DNA of 64,000 bases from an uncultured delta proteobacterium (GTDB lineage Bacteria > Desulfobacterota > Binatia > JACPRU01): contig CAVUWD010000019.1 of the NCBI GenBank assembly GCA_963745025.1, positions 64,001 to 128,000 of the forward strand. Direction: 5' to 3'. Of this stretch, positions 1 to 9,696 are shown one piece after another. The notes under the pieces are model-generated. The model made no database searches. It had not been told where the DNA came from and was given only the letters and a program-made list of their open reading frames with translations. The translations under genes were made by a program, and so were the position numbers. Numbering within the stretch: the first letter of the stretch is position 1; every line of letters begins with the position of its first letter.

Positions 1-1748
1 ACGGCAAGCTCGAAACCGGCTACGGCCGGCGGCAGATGATCCATCCCGAGGTCGAGGTGCTCGAGGGCACCGAGGACGAGCTCGGCCGGATCGTACCGAT
101 CTACGAGAAGCCGACCGAGATGTCGGTGGGCGCGATGCGGAAGATCGTGCACGCGGCGCGGACCGAGATCGGGGAGCGCCTGCCGAGCGTGCTGCCTGCC
201 GACGTCGCCGCGCGACGCCGGCTCGTCGACTTGGCGGCCGCCTTCGCCGACGTCCACGAGCCCGGCCGCGACGCAGACGTGGAGCCGCTCAATCGAGGGA
301 CGCTCCGTGGCGCACCGCTCGATCGTCTTCGACGAGCTCTTCTTCCTCGAGCTCGGCATGATGCTTCGCAAGCATTCGATCGCCGAGGAGCCGGGCATCG
401 CCTTCCGCCCGCGCGGCGAGCTCGGCGGCCGGCTCCGCGGGCGACTGCCCTTCCGCCTGACCGCGCGCGCAGGAGCGCGTGCTCGGCGAGATCGCCCGCG
501 ACATGGCGGAGCCCCATCCGATGAACCGCCTCGTGCAGGGCGACGTCGGCAGCGGCAAGACGATCGTCGCGGTCCTCGCCGCGCTCGACGCGATCGAGTG
601 CGGCTATCAGGTCGCGCTCATGGCGCCGACCGAGATCCTCGCCGAGCAGCACTACGCGACGGTCGGCGCTTGGCTCGAGCCGCTCGCGATCGAGCCCGTG
701 CTGCTCACCGGCAAGATCAAGGCCCGCGGCCCGCAGGCAGGTCTATGCGGCGCTCGCCTCGGGAGAAGCGCCGTTCGTGGTCGGGACGCACGCGATCATC
801 CAGGAGGGCGTCCGCTTCGCTCGTCTCGGTCTCGGCATCATCGACGAGCAGCACCGTTTCGGCGTGCTGCAACGAAAGGCGCTGAAGGGGCTCGGGCAAA
901 ATCCCGACATCCTGCTCATGACCGCGACGCCGATTCCGCGCACACTGGCGATGACGCTTTACGGAGACCTCGACCTGTCGTTCCTCGACGAGCTGCCGCC
1001 GGGCCGTCAGCCGATCGAGACGCGCGTCGTGCGCGAGCGCGATCGCGAGCGCGTGTACGCCCGTGTGCGCGCGGCGCTCGACCGCGGAGAGCAGGCGTAT
1101 CTGGTGTTTCCGCTGGTCGAAGAAAGCGAGGCGACGGACCTCCGCAGCGCCAAGGCGATGGCGCGCGACCTCGCGACGAGCGCGTTCCGCGGCTACCGCC
1201 TCGGCCTGCTGCACGGTCAGATGAAGAGCGACGAGAAGGACGCCGTGATGCGGCGATTTCAGGCCGGTGACTGTCAGCTGCTGGTTGCGACGACGGTCAT
1301 CGAGGTCGGCATCGACGTGCCGAACGCGACGCTCATGGTCGTCGATCACGCGGAACAGTTCGGCCTGGCCCAGCTCCACCAGCTGCGCGGCCGTGTCGGA
1401 CGCGGCGCGAAGCAGTCGCTCTGCGTGCTGGTCTCGACGGGGCGAGCCGGGCCTCAAGGCTACGAGCGGTTGAAGCTCCTCGAGCGCGAGACCCGCGGCT
1501 CGGCAATCGCCGAGGCGGATCTCGAGCACCGCGGCCCCGGCGAGCTTCTCGGCTTGCGCCAGTCGGGCTTGCCGGATTTTCGCGCCGCGAATCTGGTGCG
1601 CGACGTGCGGATCCTCGAAGAAGCGCGTCAAGAGGCGGAGGCCTGTCTGCGATCCGATCCGGTGCTTCGGGCGCCGGACTCCCATCGCCTGCGCCAGGTG
1701 CTGGAGCATCGCTGGCGCGGGCGGCTCGGGCTCGCGCAAGTGGGGTGA
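1..1748 (+). CDS. recG: ATP-dependent DNA helicase RecG (5'-truncated by window edge; about 3 apparent frameshifts)
   Basis: Pieces across ORFs 36, 307, 479 and 777 give PMNRLVQGDVGSGKT, MAPTEILAEQH, IIDEQHRFG, MTATPIPRTL and QLHQLRGRVGRG. Frame breaks near 300, 470 and 735. Confidence 0.93.
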
Positions 1749-1870
1749 CTCGAGAGCCTGGCGGCGGCTCGAAGCCGCCGGCGACTTCAGCGAGCGCGGG
1801 CTCGCGGTGATCGTGAAGACTTCTTGGGGTGTTTAGCCGATCGCCGAAAGCGGATAGCCGAAATCCGGTG

Positions 1871-2446
1871 ATGAACGCCATCTGCGTCTTCTGCGGCTCG
1901 TCGAGCCGCGTTGCCGAGCCGTACCGGCAAGCCGCCTCCCGGCTCGGCGAGGCAATCGGCGCGGCCGGGATGCGTCTCGTCTACGGCGGCGGACGGATCG
2001 GGCTGATGGGGCTTCTCGCCGATGCCGCGCTCGCCGCCGGCGGTCGGGTCGTGGGTGTCATCCCGGAATTTCTTCGCGGGCTCGAGGTGGCGCACACAGG
2101 TCTTACGGAGCTTCGCATCGTCCCCACGATGCACGATCGCAAGCGGGTGATGTTCGAACTCGCCGACGCCTTCGTGGTTCTCCCCGGCGGCTTCGGCACG
2201 CTCGACGAGACGATCGAGATCGTCACGTGGCGGCAGCTCGGCCTCCACGACAAGCCGGTCGTCGTGGTCGACGTCGGCGGTTTCTGGCAGCCGCTGCGTG
2301 CGCTGATCACGGCGATCGTCGGCGAAGGCTTTGCCCACCCCGAGCACGCGAAGCTCTTGACCATCGTTTCCTCGGCCGAGGACGTGCTCGCGGCGCTCCG
2401 CGATCAACCGCCGACCCGCTTCGACGCCGATGTAAAGTGGACATGA
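1871..2446 (+). CDS. LOG family nucleotide phosphoribohydrolase (TIGR00730-like)
   Basis: ICVFCGSS, LVYGGGRIGLMG, MHDRKRVM and PGGFGTLDE motifs. Confidence 0.92.
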   Translation: MNAICVFCGSSSRVAEPYRQAASRLGEAIGAAGMRLVYGGGRIGLMGLLADAALAAGGRVVGVIPEFLRGLEVAHTGLTELRIVPTMHDRKRVMFELADAFVVLPGGFGTLDETIEIVTWRQLGLHDKPVVVVDVGGFWQPLRALITAIVGEGFAHPEHAKLLTIVSSAEDVLAALRDQPPTRFDADVKWT

Positions 2447-2555
2447 GCGGGACGAAGCGCTAGGGGCAGTACTCTGCAGGACCGGAGCCGGGATCGCGAC
2501 CAACGGGAGCGATCCGTGACGCACGTTCCTAGAGAGAGCCGGAGGGGGACGCACC

Positions 2556-2906
2556 ATGAGCCGCGAAGTGGCAATGCGTTATTTCGAACGTCTGAAGAGC
2601 CGTCATGCGAAGACGGTCGCGGAGAGTTTCCATGCCGAGATCGTGTCGTGGGACCCCTTGGCCGGCGAGCTGCGTGGCAAGGAAGCCGTCACGGCGGCGT
2701 TCGCAGGACTCTTCCAACAGATGCCCGATGTCTCCTTCGAGCCCCAGAAGTACGTGATCGATGGCCAGAATGGAGCCGTCGAGTGGATCTGGACCGGCAG
2801 CGGGCCCCGCGGGAAGGTCGTCATCCCGGGCATGGATCTCATGGAGTTCGCGGCAGGAACGATTCGCTCGCTCAAGTTCTATTACGATCCAGCGCCGCTC
2901 AAGTAA
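2556..2906 (+). CDS. SnoaL/NTF2-like protein
   Basis: 116 aa; WDP...LRGKEAV...F, AVEWIWTG, GMDLMEF..G.I...KFYYD pattern; GGAGGG RBS. Confidence 0.8.
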   Translation: MSREVAMRYFERLKSRHAKTVAESFHAEIVSWDPLAGELRGKEAVTAAFAGLFQQMPDVSFEPQKYVIDGQNGAVEWIWTGSGPRGKVVIPGMDLMEFAAGTIRSLKFYYDPAPLK

Positions 2907-3055
2907 CGCCCCGCCGCGATCTCTTCGAGCTCGGGAGCCGCGATCCCGCAAAAGCGGGGCGTAAAGCCAGAAAAGCGCCAGCGCCGCGCAAAGAAGCGCG
3001 CCGAGCGCGACTGGCAGACGATCGAGTCTCATGGGCGTCCACTGGCGGCCTTCAA

Positions 3056-3085
3056 TTGACATTGCTCGGCGCGTCCTCAAGAATT
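3056..3085 (+). promoter_or_regulatory. Putative sigma70 promoter for the aminotransferase
   Basis: TTGACA at 3056-3061 and AT-rich AAGAAT 17 bp downstream, just before the ATG. Confidence 0.4.
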
Positions 3086-3095
3086 GTAGAAATAT

Positions 3096-4301
3096 ATGGA
3101 ATTTCCGCGGATCAAGCGCCTTCCCCCGTACGTTCTCGCCGAGGTCGTCGAGCTCAAGCACCGTGCTCGCGTCGCCGGCGAGGACATCATCGATCTCGGC
3201 ATGGGAAACCCCGACGGGGCGACCCCTCCGCACATCGTGCAGAAGCTCGTCGAGGCGGCGGCGAAGGGCCCGAACCACCGTTACTCGCTCTCCAAGGGGC
3301 TGCCGAAGCTCCGGCTCGCGGTGGCGAACTGGTATCGCCGCCGCTTCGGCGTCGAGATCGATCCGGAGAGCGAGGTCGTGGCGACGATCGGTGCGAAGGA
3401 AGGCCTGTCGCACATGGCGCTGGCCATCCTCGGCGGCGGCGACATGGTCGTCTGCCCGAGCCCCGCGTATGCGATTCATCCCTACTCGGCGACAATCGCC
3501 GGCGCCGACCTGCGGATGCCGCCGATGCTGCCGGTAGAGGAGCTGCTCGGCCGACTCGAGCAGACGATCCACGAGTGCTGGCCGAAGCCGAAGCTTCTCA
3601 TGCTGTCCTTCCCGAACAACCCGACGACGGCCGTCGTCGAGCGGCCGTTCTTCGAGCGCGTGGTGGAATTCGCGCGCGAGGTCGGCATGCTCGTGGTTCA
3701 CGACTTCGCCTACGCGGACCTCGCGTTCGACGGCTACGAGCCCCCGAGCTTCCTGCAGGTGAAGGGCGCGAAGGACCTCGGCGTTGAGTTCTTCTCGCTC
3801 TCGAAAAGCTATAACATGCCGGGATGGCGCGTCGGCTTCGCGGTCGGCAACCGCGAGATGATCGGCGCGCTCGCGCGCATCAAGAGCTACATGGACTACG
3901 GCATCTTCGCGCCGATCCAGATCGCTGCGATCCACGCGCTGAACGGCCCGCAGGAGTGCGTCGCCGAGATTCGCCGCACGTACCAGCGGCGGCGCGACGT
4001 GCTCTGCGACGGGCTCGTGCGCGCCGGCTGGCCGATCGAGCGGCCGAAGGCGACGATGTTCGTCTGGGCGCGGATCCCGGAGGAGGTTCGCGCCATGGGG
4101 TCGATCGAATTCTCGAAGCTCCTGCTTCGCGAGGCGAAGGTCGCGGTTTCGCCCGGCATCGGCTTCGGCGAATTCGGCGACGACTACGTGCGGTTCTCGT
4201 TGATCGAGAACGAGCACCGAACCCGCCAGGCAGTGCGCGGCATCCGTCGCGCCCTGGGCGGCGCGCGCGTCGGCGAGAGCAGGGTCGCGGTCGCGCGATG
4301 A
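3096..4301 (+). CDS. alaC: Class I/II PLP aminotransferase (AlaC/YfdZ-like)
   Basis: [27 protein letters not shown] and [14 protein letters not shown]; upstream of hom. Confidence 0.85.
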   Translation: MEFPRIKRLPPYVLAEVVELKHRARVAGEDIIDLGMGNPDGATPPHIVQKLVEAAAKGPNHRYSLSKGLPKLRLAVANWYRRRFGVEIDPESEVVATIGAKEGLSHMALAILGGGDMVVCPSPAYAIHPYSATIAGADLRMPPMLPVEELLGRLEQTIHECWPKPKLLMLSFPNNPTTAVVERPFFERVVEFAREVGMLVVHDFAYADLAFDGYEPPSFLQVKGAKDLGVEFFSLSKSYNMPGWRVGFAVGNREMIGALARIKSYMDYGIFAPIQIAAIHALNGPQECVAEIRRTYQRRRDVLCDGLVRAGWPIERPKATMFVWARIPEEVRAMGSIEFSKLLLREAKVAVSPGIGFGEFGDDYVRFSLIENEHRTRQAVRGIRRALGGARVGESRVAVAR

Positions 4302-4409
4302 GCGGCGAAGAGACCCGGTCCGCCCAAGAGTTCGACTCGCTCTGACCGCACGCGCTCTTGCGCGATGGGCCGCGCAGCGCTAACCGACTCGCCCGAGGAA
4401 GCCACGCAC

Positions 4410-5447
4410 ATGGAGATCGACACCTCGATTCCGCTCGACGACTGGCGGGCCGTGCCGGAAGCGGCGCGCCGCGCCGAGGCGCTCGGCTTCGGCGGCGTGA
4501 TGGCGCCGGAGATCCAGAACGATCCGTTCATCCCGCTCGCGTTCGCGGCGACCGCGACGGAGCGTATTCGCCTCGGCACGGCGGTGGCGATCGCGTTCCC
4601 GCGGAGCCCCATGATCGTGGCGAACCTCGCCTACGACTTGCAGCGAAACTCGAAGGGACGATTCGTGCTCGGGCTCGGCACGCAGGTGAAGGGCCACAAC
4701 GAGCGCCGCTTCAGCGTGCGCTGGGAATCGCCCGGGCCGCGCCTCAAGGAATACGTCGAGGCGCTGCGGGCGATCTGGCGCTCGTGGGAGCAGAAGGAGC
4801 CGCTTCGCTACGAGGGCAAGTTCTATCAGTTCACGCTGATGACTCCGGAATTCGCGCCGCCACCGACCGGGCTGCCGCGGGTTCCGGTGACGATCGCGGC
4901 GGTGCAGCCGTACATGCTGCGGCTCTCGGGCGAGGCCTGCGACGGCGTCCGCCTGCACGGCTTTTGCACCAAGCGCTACCTTGAGGAAGTCGCATTGCCG
5001 GCGATCGAAGAAGGCTTGCGGCGCGCCGGCCGCGAGCGCAAGCGGTTCGAAGTCTGGGGTGGGGGATTCGTCGCCACCGGCAAAGACGCGGACGAGGTGC
5101 GCCGCTCGGTCGAGGAGACGCGCTACCGCATCGCGTTCTACGGGTCGACCCGCACGTACTCTGGAGTGCTCTCGCTACACGGATGGGACGCCGCCGCCGC
5201 GAAGCTCCACGAGCTCTCCAAGCGCGGGCAGTGGGCGGACATGGCGAAGGTCGTGAGCGACGAGATGGTCGAGGCCTTCACGGCGGTGGCGACGTACGAT
5301 CGCCTCGCGGCGACGCTCCGCGAGCGCTTCGGCGGCCTGTCGGACCGCATCGCGCTCGGCTTCCCCCGAGGCACGCCCGACGATCTCGTCCGCGAGCTCC
5401 TCGTCGACGTCGGCAAGATCCCGTCCGCGTTCGCCGGATGGAACTGA
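4410..5447 (+). CDS. LLM-class F420-dependent oxidoreductase (TIGR03617-like)
   Basis: AIAFPRSPM, GRFVLGLGTQVKGHNERRFS, FTLMTP and IAFYGSTRTY. Confidence 0.88.
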   Translation: MEIDTSIPLDDWRAVPEAARRAEALGFGGVMAPEIQNDPFIPLAFAATATERIRLGTAVAIAFPRSPMIVANLAYDLQRNSKGRFVLGLGTQVKGHNERRFSVRWESPGPRLKEYVEALRAIWRSWEQKEPLRYEGKFYQFTLMTPEFAPPPTGLPRVPVTIAAVQPYMLRLSGEACDGVRLHGFCTKRYLEEVALPAIEEGLRRAGRERKRFEVWGGGFVATGKDADEVRRSVEETRYRIAFYGSTRTYSGVLSLHGWDAAAAKLHELSKRGQWADMAKVVSDEMVEAFTAVATYDRLAATLRERFGGLSDRIALGFPRGTPDDLVRELLVDVGKIPSAFAGWN

Positions 5448-6763
5448 AGAAGACACGCGAGGACGTTTCGATCGGCCTGCTCGGGCTCGGCACGGTCGGT
5501 ACGGGCGTCGTCAAGCTCCTCGAGCGCAATCACGCCTCGATCCGCAAGCGGCTTGGACGAGGACTGCGGCTCGCCGCCGTGGCGGTACGCCATCCCGCAC
5601 GCAAGCGCGACGTCGCGCTCGATCGCGTGCGGATCGTCGGCGATCCGTGGCGACTCCTTGCCGATCCCGCAATCGACGTGATCGTCGAGCTGATCGGCGG
5701 CATCGAGCCGGCGAAGAGCCTCGTGCTCGGCGCGATCGCCGCGGGGAAGGACGTCGTCACCGCCAACAAGGCGCTGCTCGCCACGCACGGGCAGGACGTG
5801 TTCCAGGCCGCCGAGCGCGCCGGTGCGCGGCTCGGCTTCGAGGGCAGCGTCGCCGGCGGCGTCCCCATCATCCGTGTGCTTCGCCAGGCGCTCGCCGGAG
5901 ATCGAAACCGTGCCATCTACGGAATCGTCAACGGAACCTGCAACTCGATTCTGACCGCGATGACCGATCGCGGCGCGGAGTTCCACGAGGCGCTCGCCGA
6001 AGCCCAGGCGGCCGGGCTCGCCGAGGCGGACCCCTCGCTCGACGTCGACGGCATCGATGCTGCCCAAAAACTGTCGCTGCTCGTGATGCTGGCCTTCGGC
6101 GCGCGCTGTCCGCTGTCGTCGATCCACACCGAAGGCATTCGCCGCGTCAGCCAGCTCGACGTGGCGTTCGCGCGCGAGCTCGGCTACGTGATCAAGCTGC
6201 TGGCGATCGCCAAGGACGACGGCCGATCGATCGAAGCGCGAGTGCATCCAACGATGATTCCGCGCGCGAGCCTGCTCGCCGACGTGCGCGGCGCCTTCAA
6301 CGCGGTGCACGTTCAGGGCGATGCGCTGGGTCCGACGATGTACGTCGGAGAGGGCGCCGGCATGCTGCCCACCGCGACCTCCGTGCTCAGCGACATTCTG
6401 GAGGTGGCCGAGTCACGGGGCCGCCGCGATGCGCGGCCAGCACCGCCCCTCGGCATGCCCTGGCGCGAGCTTCGCCGCGCGCGCATCCGGGCGATCGGGG
6501 GCCTTGAGGCCGAGTACTATCTGCGGTTTCTGGTGCTCGACCGCCCGGGCGTGCTCGGCCGGATCGCCAGTATCCTCGGCCGCCACCAGATCTCGATCGC
6601 CTCGGTGATCCAGAAGGATCGCAAGCGCGGCACCTCGGTGCCGATCGTGATCCGCACCCACGATGCGCTCGAGCGCAATCTCGTGCGTGCGCTCGCGGAG
6701 ATCGGCCGGCTTGCGGTGGTCAGCGGCAAGCCGGTGTTCGTGCGGATCGAGGACCGGCTGTAG
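5438..6763 (+). CDS. hom: Homoserine dehydrogenase with C-terminal ACT domain
   Basis: GLLGLGTVG, VVTANKALLA, GIVNGTCN, AEADPSLDVDGIDAAQK and YLRFLVLDRPGVL. Confidence 0.95.
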   Translation: MELKKTREDVSIGLLGLGTVGTGVVKLLERNHASIRKRLGRGLRLAAVAVRHPARKRDVALDRVRIVGDPWRLLADPAIDVIVELIGGIEPAKSLVLGAIAAGKDVVTANKALLATHGQDVFQAAERAGARLGFEGSVAGGVPIIRVLRQALAGDRNRAIYGIVNGTCNSILTAMTDRGAEFHEALAEAQAAGLAEADPSLDVDGIDAAQKLSLLVMLAFGARCPLSSIHTEGIRRVSQLDVAFARELGYVIKLLAIAKDDGRSIEARVHPTMIPRASLLADVRGAFNAVHVQGDALGPTMYVGEGAGMLPTATSVLSDILEVAESRGRRDARPAPPLGMPWRELRRARIRAIGGLEAEYYLRFLVLDRPGVLGRIASILGRHQISIASVIQKDRKRGTSVPIVIRTHDALERNLVRALAEIGRLAVVSGKPVFVRIEDRL

Positions 6764-6767
6764 GAGA

Positions 6768-6826
6768 GGCTACGGGCTGCAGGCTACAGGCAAAGACTCC
6801 TGGGCCTTGGCCGTAGCCTGTAGCCT
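6768..6826. repeat. Heptamer-armed palindromic intergenic element
   Basis: GGCTACG GGCTGCA GGCTACA GGCAAAGACTCC...GTAGCCT GTAGCCT. Confidence 0.8.
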
Positions 6827-6838
6827 CGTTCACATTCC

Positions 6839-6892
6839 GTCCTCGCGAGTGTCCTCGCGAGTTGACAGTTCCGACCCGGTCGACTCTAAACT
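6839..6892 (+). promoter_or_regulatory. Putative glpX promoter preceded by a 12-bp tandem repeat
   Basis: GTCCTCGCGAGT x2 (6839-6862), TTGACA 6862-6867, TAAACT 6887-6892 (19-bp spacer). Confidence 0.4.
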
Positions 6893-6904
6893 GTCGCGTT
6901 AGTC

Positions 6905-7870
6905 ATGGACCGTAACCTGGCGCTCGAGGTGGTGCGAGTCACGGAAGCCGCGGCGCTCGCGGCCGCCCGGTTCGTCGGCCGGGGGGACGAGGTGGCGGCC
7001 GATCTCGAGGCGGCGCGCGCGATCGAGCGCGCCTTCCGCGCGATCCCGGTGGAGGGCTCGGTCGTCATCGGCGAGGGACAGGAAGAGGATGGCGTGCCGC
7101 TCTTCGAGGGCCAGCGCCTCGGCAGCGGGGACGGCGCGAAGCTCTCGATCGCCGTCGATGCGATCGACGGCGCCATCGCCTGCGCAACCGGCGCGGCGAA
7201 CGCGCTCTCGGTCATTGCCATCTCGGACGATCCGACCTGTGGATTCCAGCGCTGCCCGCGCACGTACATGGAGAAGATCGTCGCAGGCCTCGGCCCCGAC
7301 GGGCGCGACGTCGTCGATCTCGATCGCTCGCCGAGCGATAATCTGAAGGCGCTGGCCGACGCTCGAGGCGTATACGTCGAAGATCTCACGGTGGCGATCC
7401 TCGACCGGCCGCGACACGACAAGCTGATCGCTGAAGTGCGCAAGGCGGGTGCGCGCATCCGCCTCATTCCCGATGGCGAGGTCTCGGTGGCGCTGGCCAC
7501 CTCGCGTCCCGAGAGCGGGATCGATCTCCTGATAGGGGTCGGCACCTCCTCGGCAGGCCTGCTCGCCGCTGCCGGCCTCCTCTGCGCGGGCGGGACCCTC
7601 CAGGCGCGCTTCGTGCCGTCGAATGCCGAAGAGGCCAATCTTCTCACCGCGGCAGGTATCCGCGACCCGACGAAGAAGCTTCTCCTGACCGACATCGTTC
7701 AGGGCAGCGTGATGTTCGCGGCTACGGGCGTGACGACCGGAGACTTCCTCCAAGGCGTGCGATTCTTCCGCGGCGGCGCGACGACCAACTCGGTCGTGGT
7801 GCGCTCGAAGAGCCGAACGCTGCGCCGCATCGAGGCCACGCACCGCTTCGACTTCAAGCCGGAGTACTGA
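6905..7870 (+). CDS. glpX: Class II fructose-1,6-bisphosphatase
   Basis: MDRNLALEVVRVTEAAAL, VVIGEG, YMEKI, ILDRPRH and FAATGVTTGD. Confidence 0.93.
   Translation: MDRNLALEVVRVTEAAALAAARFVGRGDEVAADLEAARAIERAFRAIPVEGSVVIGEGQEEDGVPLFEGQRLGSGDGAKLSIAVDAIDGAIACATGAANALSVIAISDDPTCGFQRCPRTYMEKIVAGLGPDGRDVVDLDRSPSDNLKALADARGVYVEDLTVAILDRPRHDKLIAEVRKAGARIRLIPDGEVSVALATSRPESGIDLLIGVGTSSAGLLAAAGLLCAGGTLQARFVPSNAEEANLLTAAGIRDPTKKLLLTDIVQGSVMFAATGVTTGDFLQGVRFFRGGATTNSVVVRSKSRTLRRIEATHRFDFKPEY
7850..7868 (+). repeat. att core, left copy (GACTTCAAGCCGGAGTACT), within the last codons of glpX
   Basis: Exact match to 18486-18504. Confidence 0.9.
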
Positions 7871-7990
7871 GCCGAAGAACCTGTGCAGCAATTGTTTGCC
7901 CTGGTCGGGAATTACCAAACTTTTTAGGGATTTGGGTAAACGAATGCGGTTGGCTCACGTTGGCTGAGCTTGTCCTCAATAGCCCCGTTT

Positions 7991-8021
7991 CGGGCACAGA
8001 ACGGGCACAATTTCGGGCACA
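7991..8021 (+). repeat. Integrase arm-type binding repeats (CGGGCACA x3)
   Basis: Copies at 7991, 8002 and 8014; same motif at 18415 and a variant at 18403. Confidence 0.7.
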
Positions 8022-8473
8022 GCCAGCCATCGAAGAGCTAAGCGAAGGGTCATCAGGTCGCAGATTCATATCGCGGGCTCGATCGCGCCGGACTCGCGCT
8101 TCTTCGTGTCGGAGTATTTCCGCCGATTCACCAAGTCGGGGAAGACGATCTTCGAGGCGTTTGCGCGGTTCGCACGATCGAACGGCTTCTAAGCCGAGCG
8201 AGCTTCAAGGCGTCGATCGTCGTCGTCACCACGACGGGGATTGCCGAGAATCGATATCGGTCCTCTCCCTTCGACCATCGTTGTTGCTCGCTGGCTACCG
8301 AGTCCTGTGTTCAGGAGATTGTTCGCTGCCATTTGCATCGCTACCGACGATCCCCGTCTCGCAAAGTAAAAAGCTCTTGCTCCACGCGGAAACTGAACGG
8401 CGGGTGAACCTCGACCGGGTAGAGGGCGGGGGTGAATCCTTCCCGCTCCTGGGCTGCTGCCCGCAGCAGCGAA

Positions 8474-8881
8474 TCATTCAGCGCACGGTACCATCTCCCG
8501 CGGGATGTCTGAGTCAAAGACCCAACTCTTTGCGGACCCGCCCGTAGCGCTCGCCTCAAGCGTATAGTGTCGATCGGTAGCGTCCAAGATGGAGAGCGTT
8601 ACACCGTCCGAAGGATGGAATCCTTGCTCCTGGAGATCGGCAACCGTTGCTCCTCTATAGCTTTGACCGTTTGAGCCGTAGAAGGCTTCGATCGCGACGG
8701 CCGCGTTATGGAGATCTTGCCTCATTCGCTCGTCTGCGGGTGTAGTCCTCGTAGTTCGCGAATGTTGTGGAGTGATAGCTGCTGGTCTCTCGACGGTTGT
8801 TCTAGGAACGTATTCTTGGCGGCTGCTCGCTAAGAGAACTAGGGCTGGAAGCAGGTTGAGGAATCGGAGCGCGTAACGCAC
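8474..8881 (-). CDS. Exported protein with a type IV pilin-like C-terminal domain
   Basis: Hydrophobic N-terminus; MRQDLHNAAVAIEAFY..NGQSY...GFHPSDGVTL...YTLEAS resembles the body of delta-proteobacterial pilins. Confidence 0.55.
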   Translation of the reverse strand: MRYALRFLNLLPALVLLASSRQEYVPRTTVERPAAITPQHSRTTRTTPADERMRQDLHNAAVAIEAFYGSNGQSYRGATVADLQEQGFHPSDGVTLSILDATDRHYTLEASATGGSAKSWVFDSDIPREMVPCAE

Positions 8882-9008
8882 GATCTCTCCCTTCTATCTA
8901 CGAGACACGTACCCCGAGAGTCAAAGCCAAGCGCGTGAACGGCGCTACTTGCTCAAAGCCTGAATCTGCGACGGGTCGCTGACCACGATCTCGGCTTTCC
9001 CTCGGTCC

Positions 9009-9156
9009 TCGGCGGATACCCAAAACCAGCCATTAGTGGACGTCTGAAAACCGGCCAATAAGGTAAGCGCACGGGACGTTGACGCGGTCCTGGGGAGATG
9101 ACCCCCGGGGCCGGATGAGCAACGTCTTGAGCGAAGAGAAGAGACAGCAAGTCGAT
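9009..9156 (+). mobile_element. IS21-family left-end remnant with the first codons of the IstA transposase
   Basis: Subterminal repeats CAAAACCAGCCA / GAAAACCGGCCA followed by MSNVLSEEKRQQV, then truncated. Confidence 0.6.
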
Positions 9157-9160
9157 ACGA

Positions 9161-9390
9161 ATGAAGCTCCTCTCCTGGAACTTGAACGGCCGACGCCTCG
9201 TCGCGCGCGAGCAAGTTGCTGCCGTCGCACGTCGACGACCGGATGTCGTCGCCTTCCAGGAGGTGACGGAGGGCACGCTAGGCATCCTGCGAAGAGCGCT
9301 CATCGAGCGTGGACTTCCGTTCGCGGTGAACAGCTTCGAGCTTCAGGAATCGCGATCTCAACTCACCGGGCCGCGTCGCTACGGGGCGCC
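9161..9390 (+). pseudogene. Truncated endonuclease/exonuclease/phosphatase (EEP) family gene
   Basis: MKLLSWNLNG...PDVVAFQEV N-terminal motifs; C-terminal catalytic motifs (GDFN, SDH) not seen. Confidence 0.7.
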
Positions 9391-9696
9391 TGCGGCCCGC
9401 CGGGCGCCAGTCGCGGGCACGCGGGTAACCCGCTCACGGACAAGTACCGGCCGTGCGATGACGCCCGACCGATTCATCTTCTCGCTCGGGTCAACCCGTG
9501 ACAACCAGACTCGCGGGCGCTTGTTGGGGTTGAATGTCCTAGCCGTTGAAATCACACTTTTCTCCAAAGAACCGGGCGTGGTACAAAACTTGACAACGGC
9601 TGATCAGAGTGCGATGGCGGGGCAACGTTGTTCGCTCGGAGCAAGCCCGGCCCGGCGACTTCCAATCGCGCAGCATTACAACTGAAGGAGTGCGTC

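Noticed and set aside
2529-4217. Long antisense ORFs (2529-4217, 5138-6310, 34696-35865, 38247-39509, 43651-45216)
   Set aside because: Shadow ORFs of high-GC genes that are clearly identified on the opposite strand.
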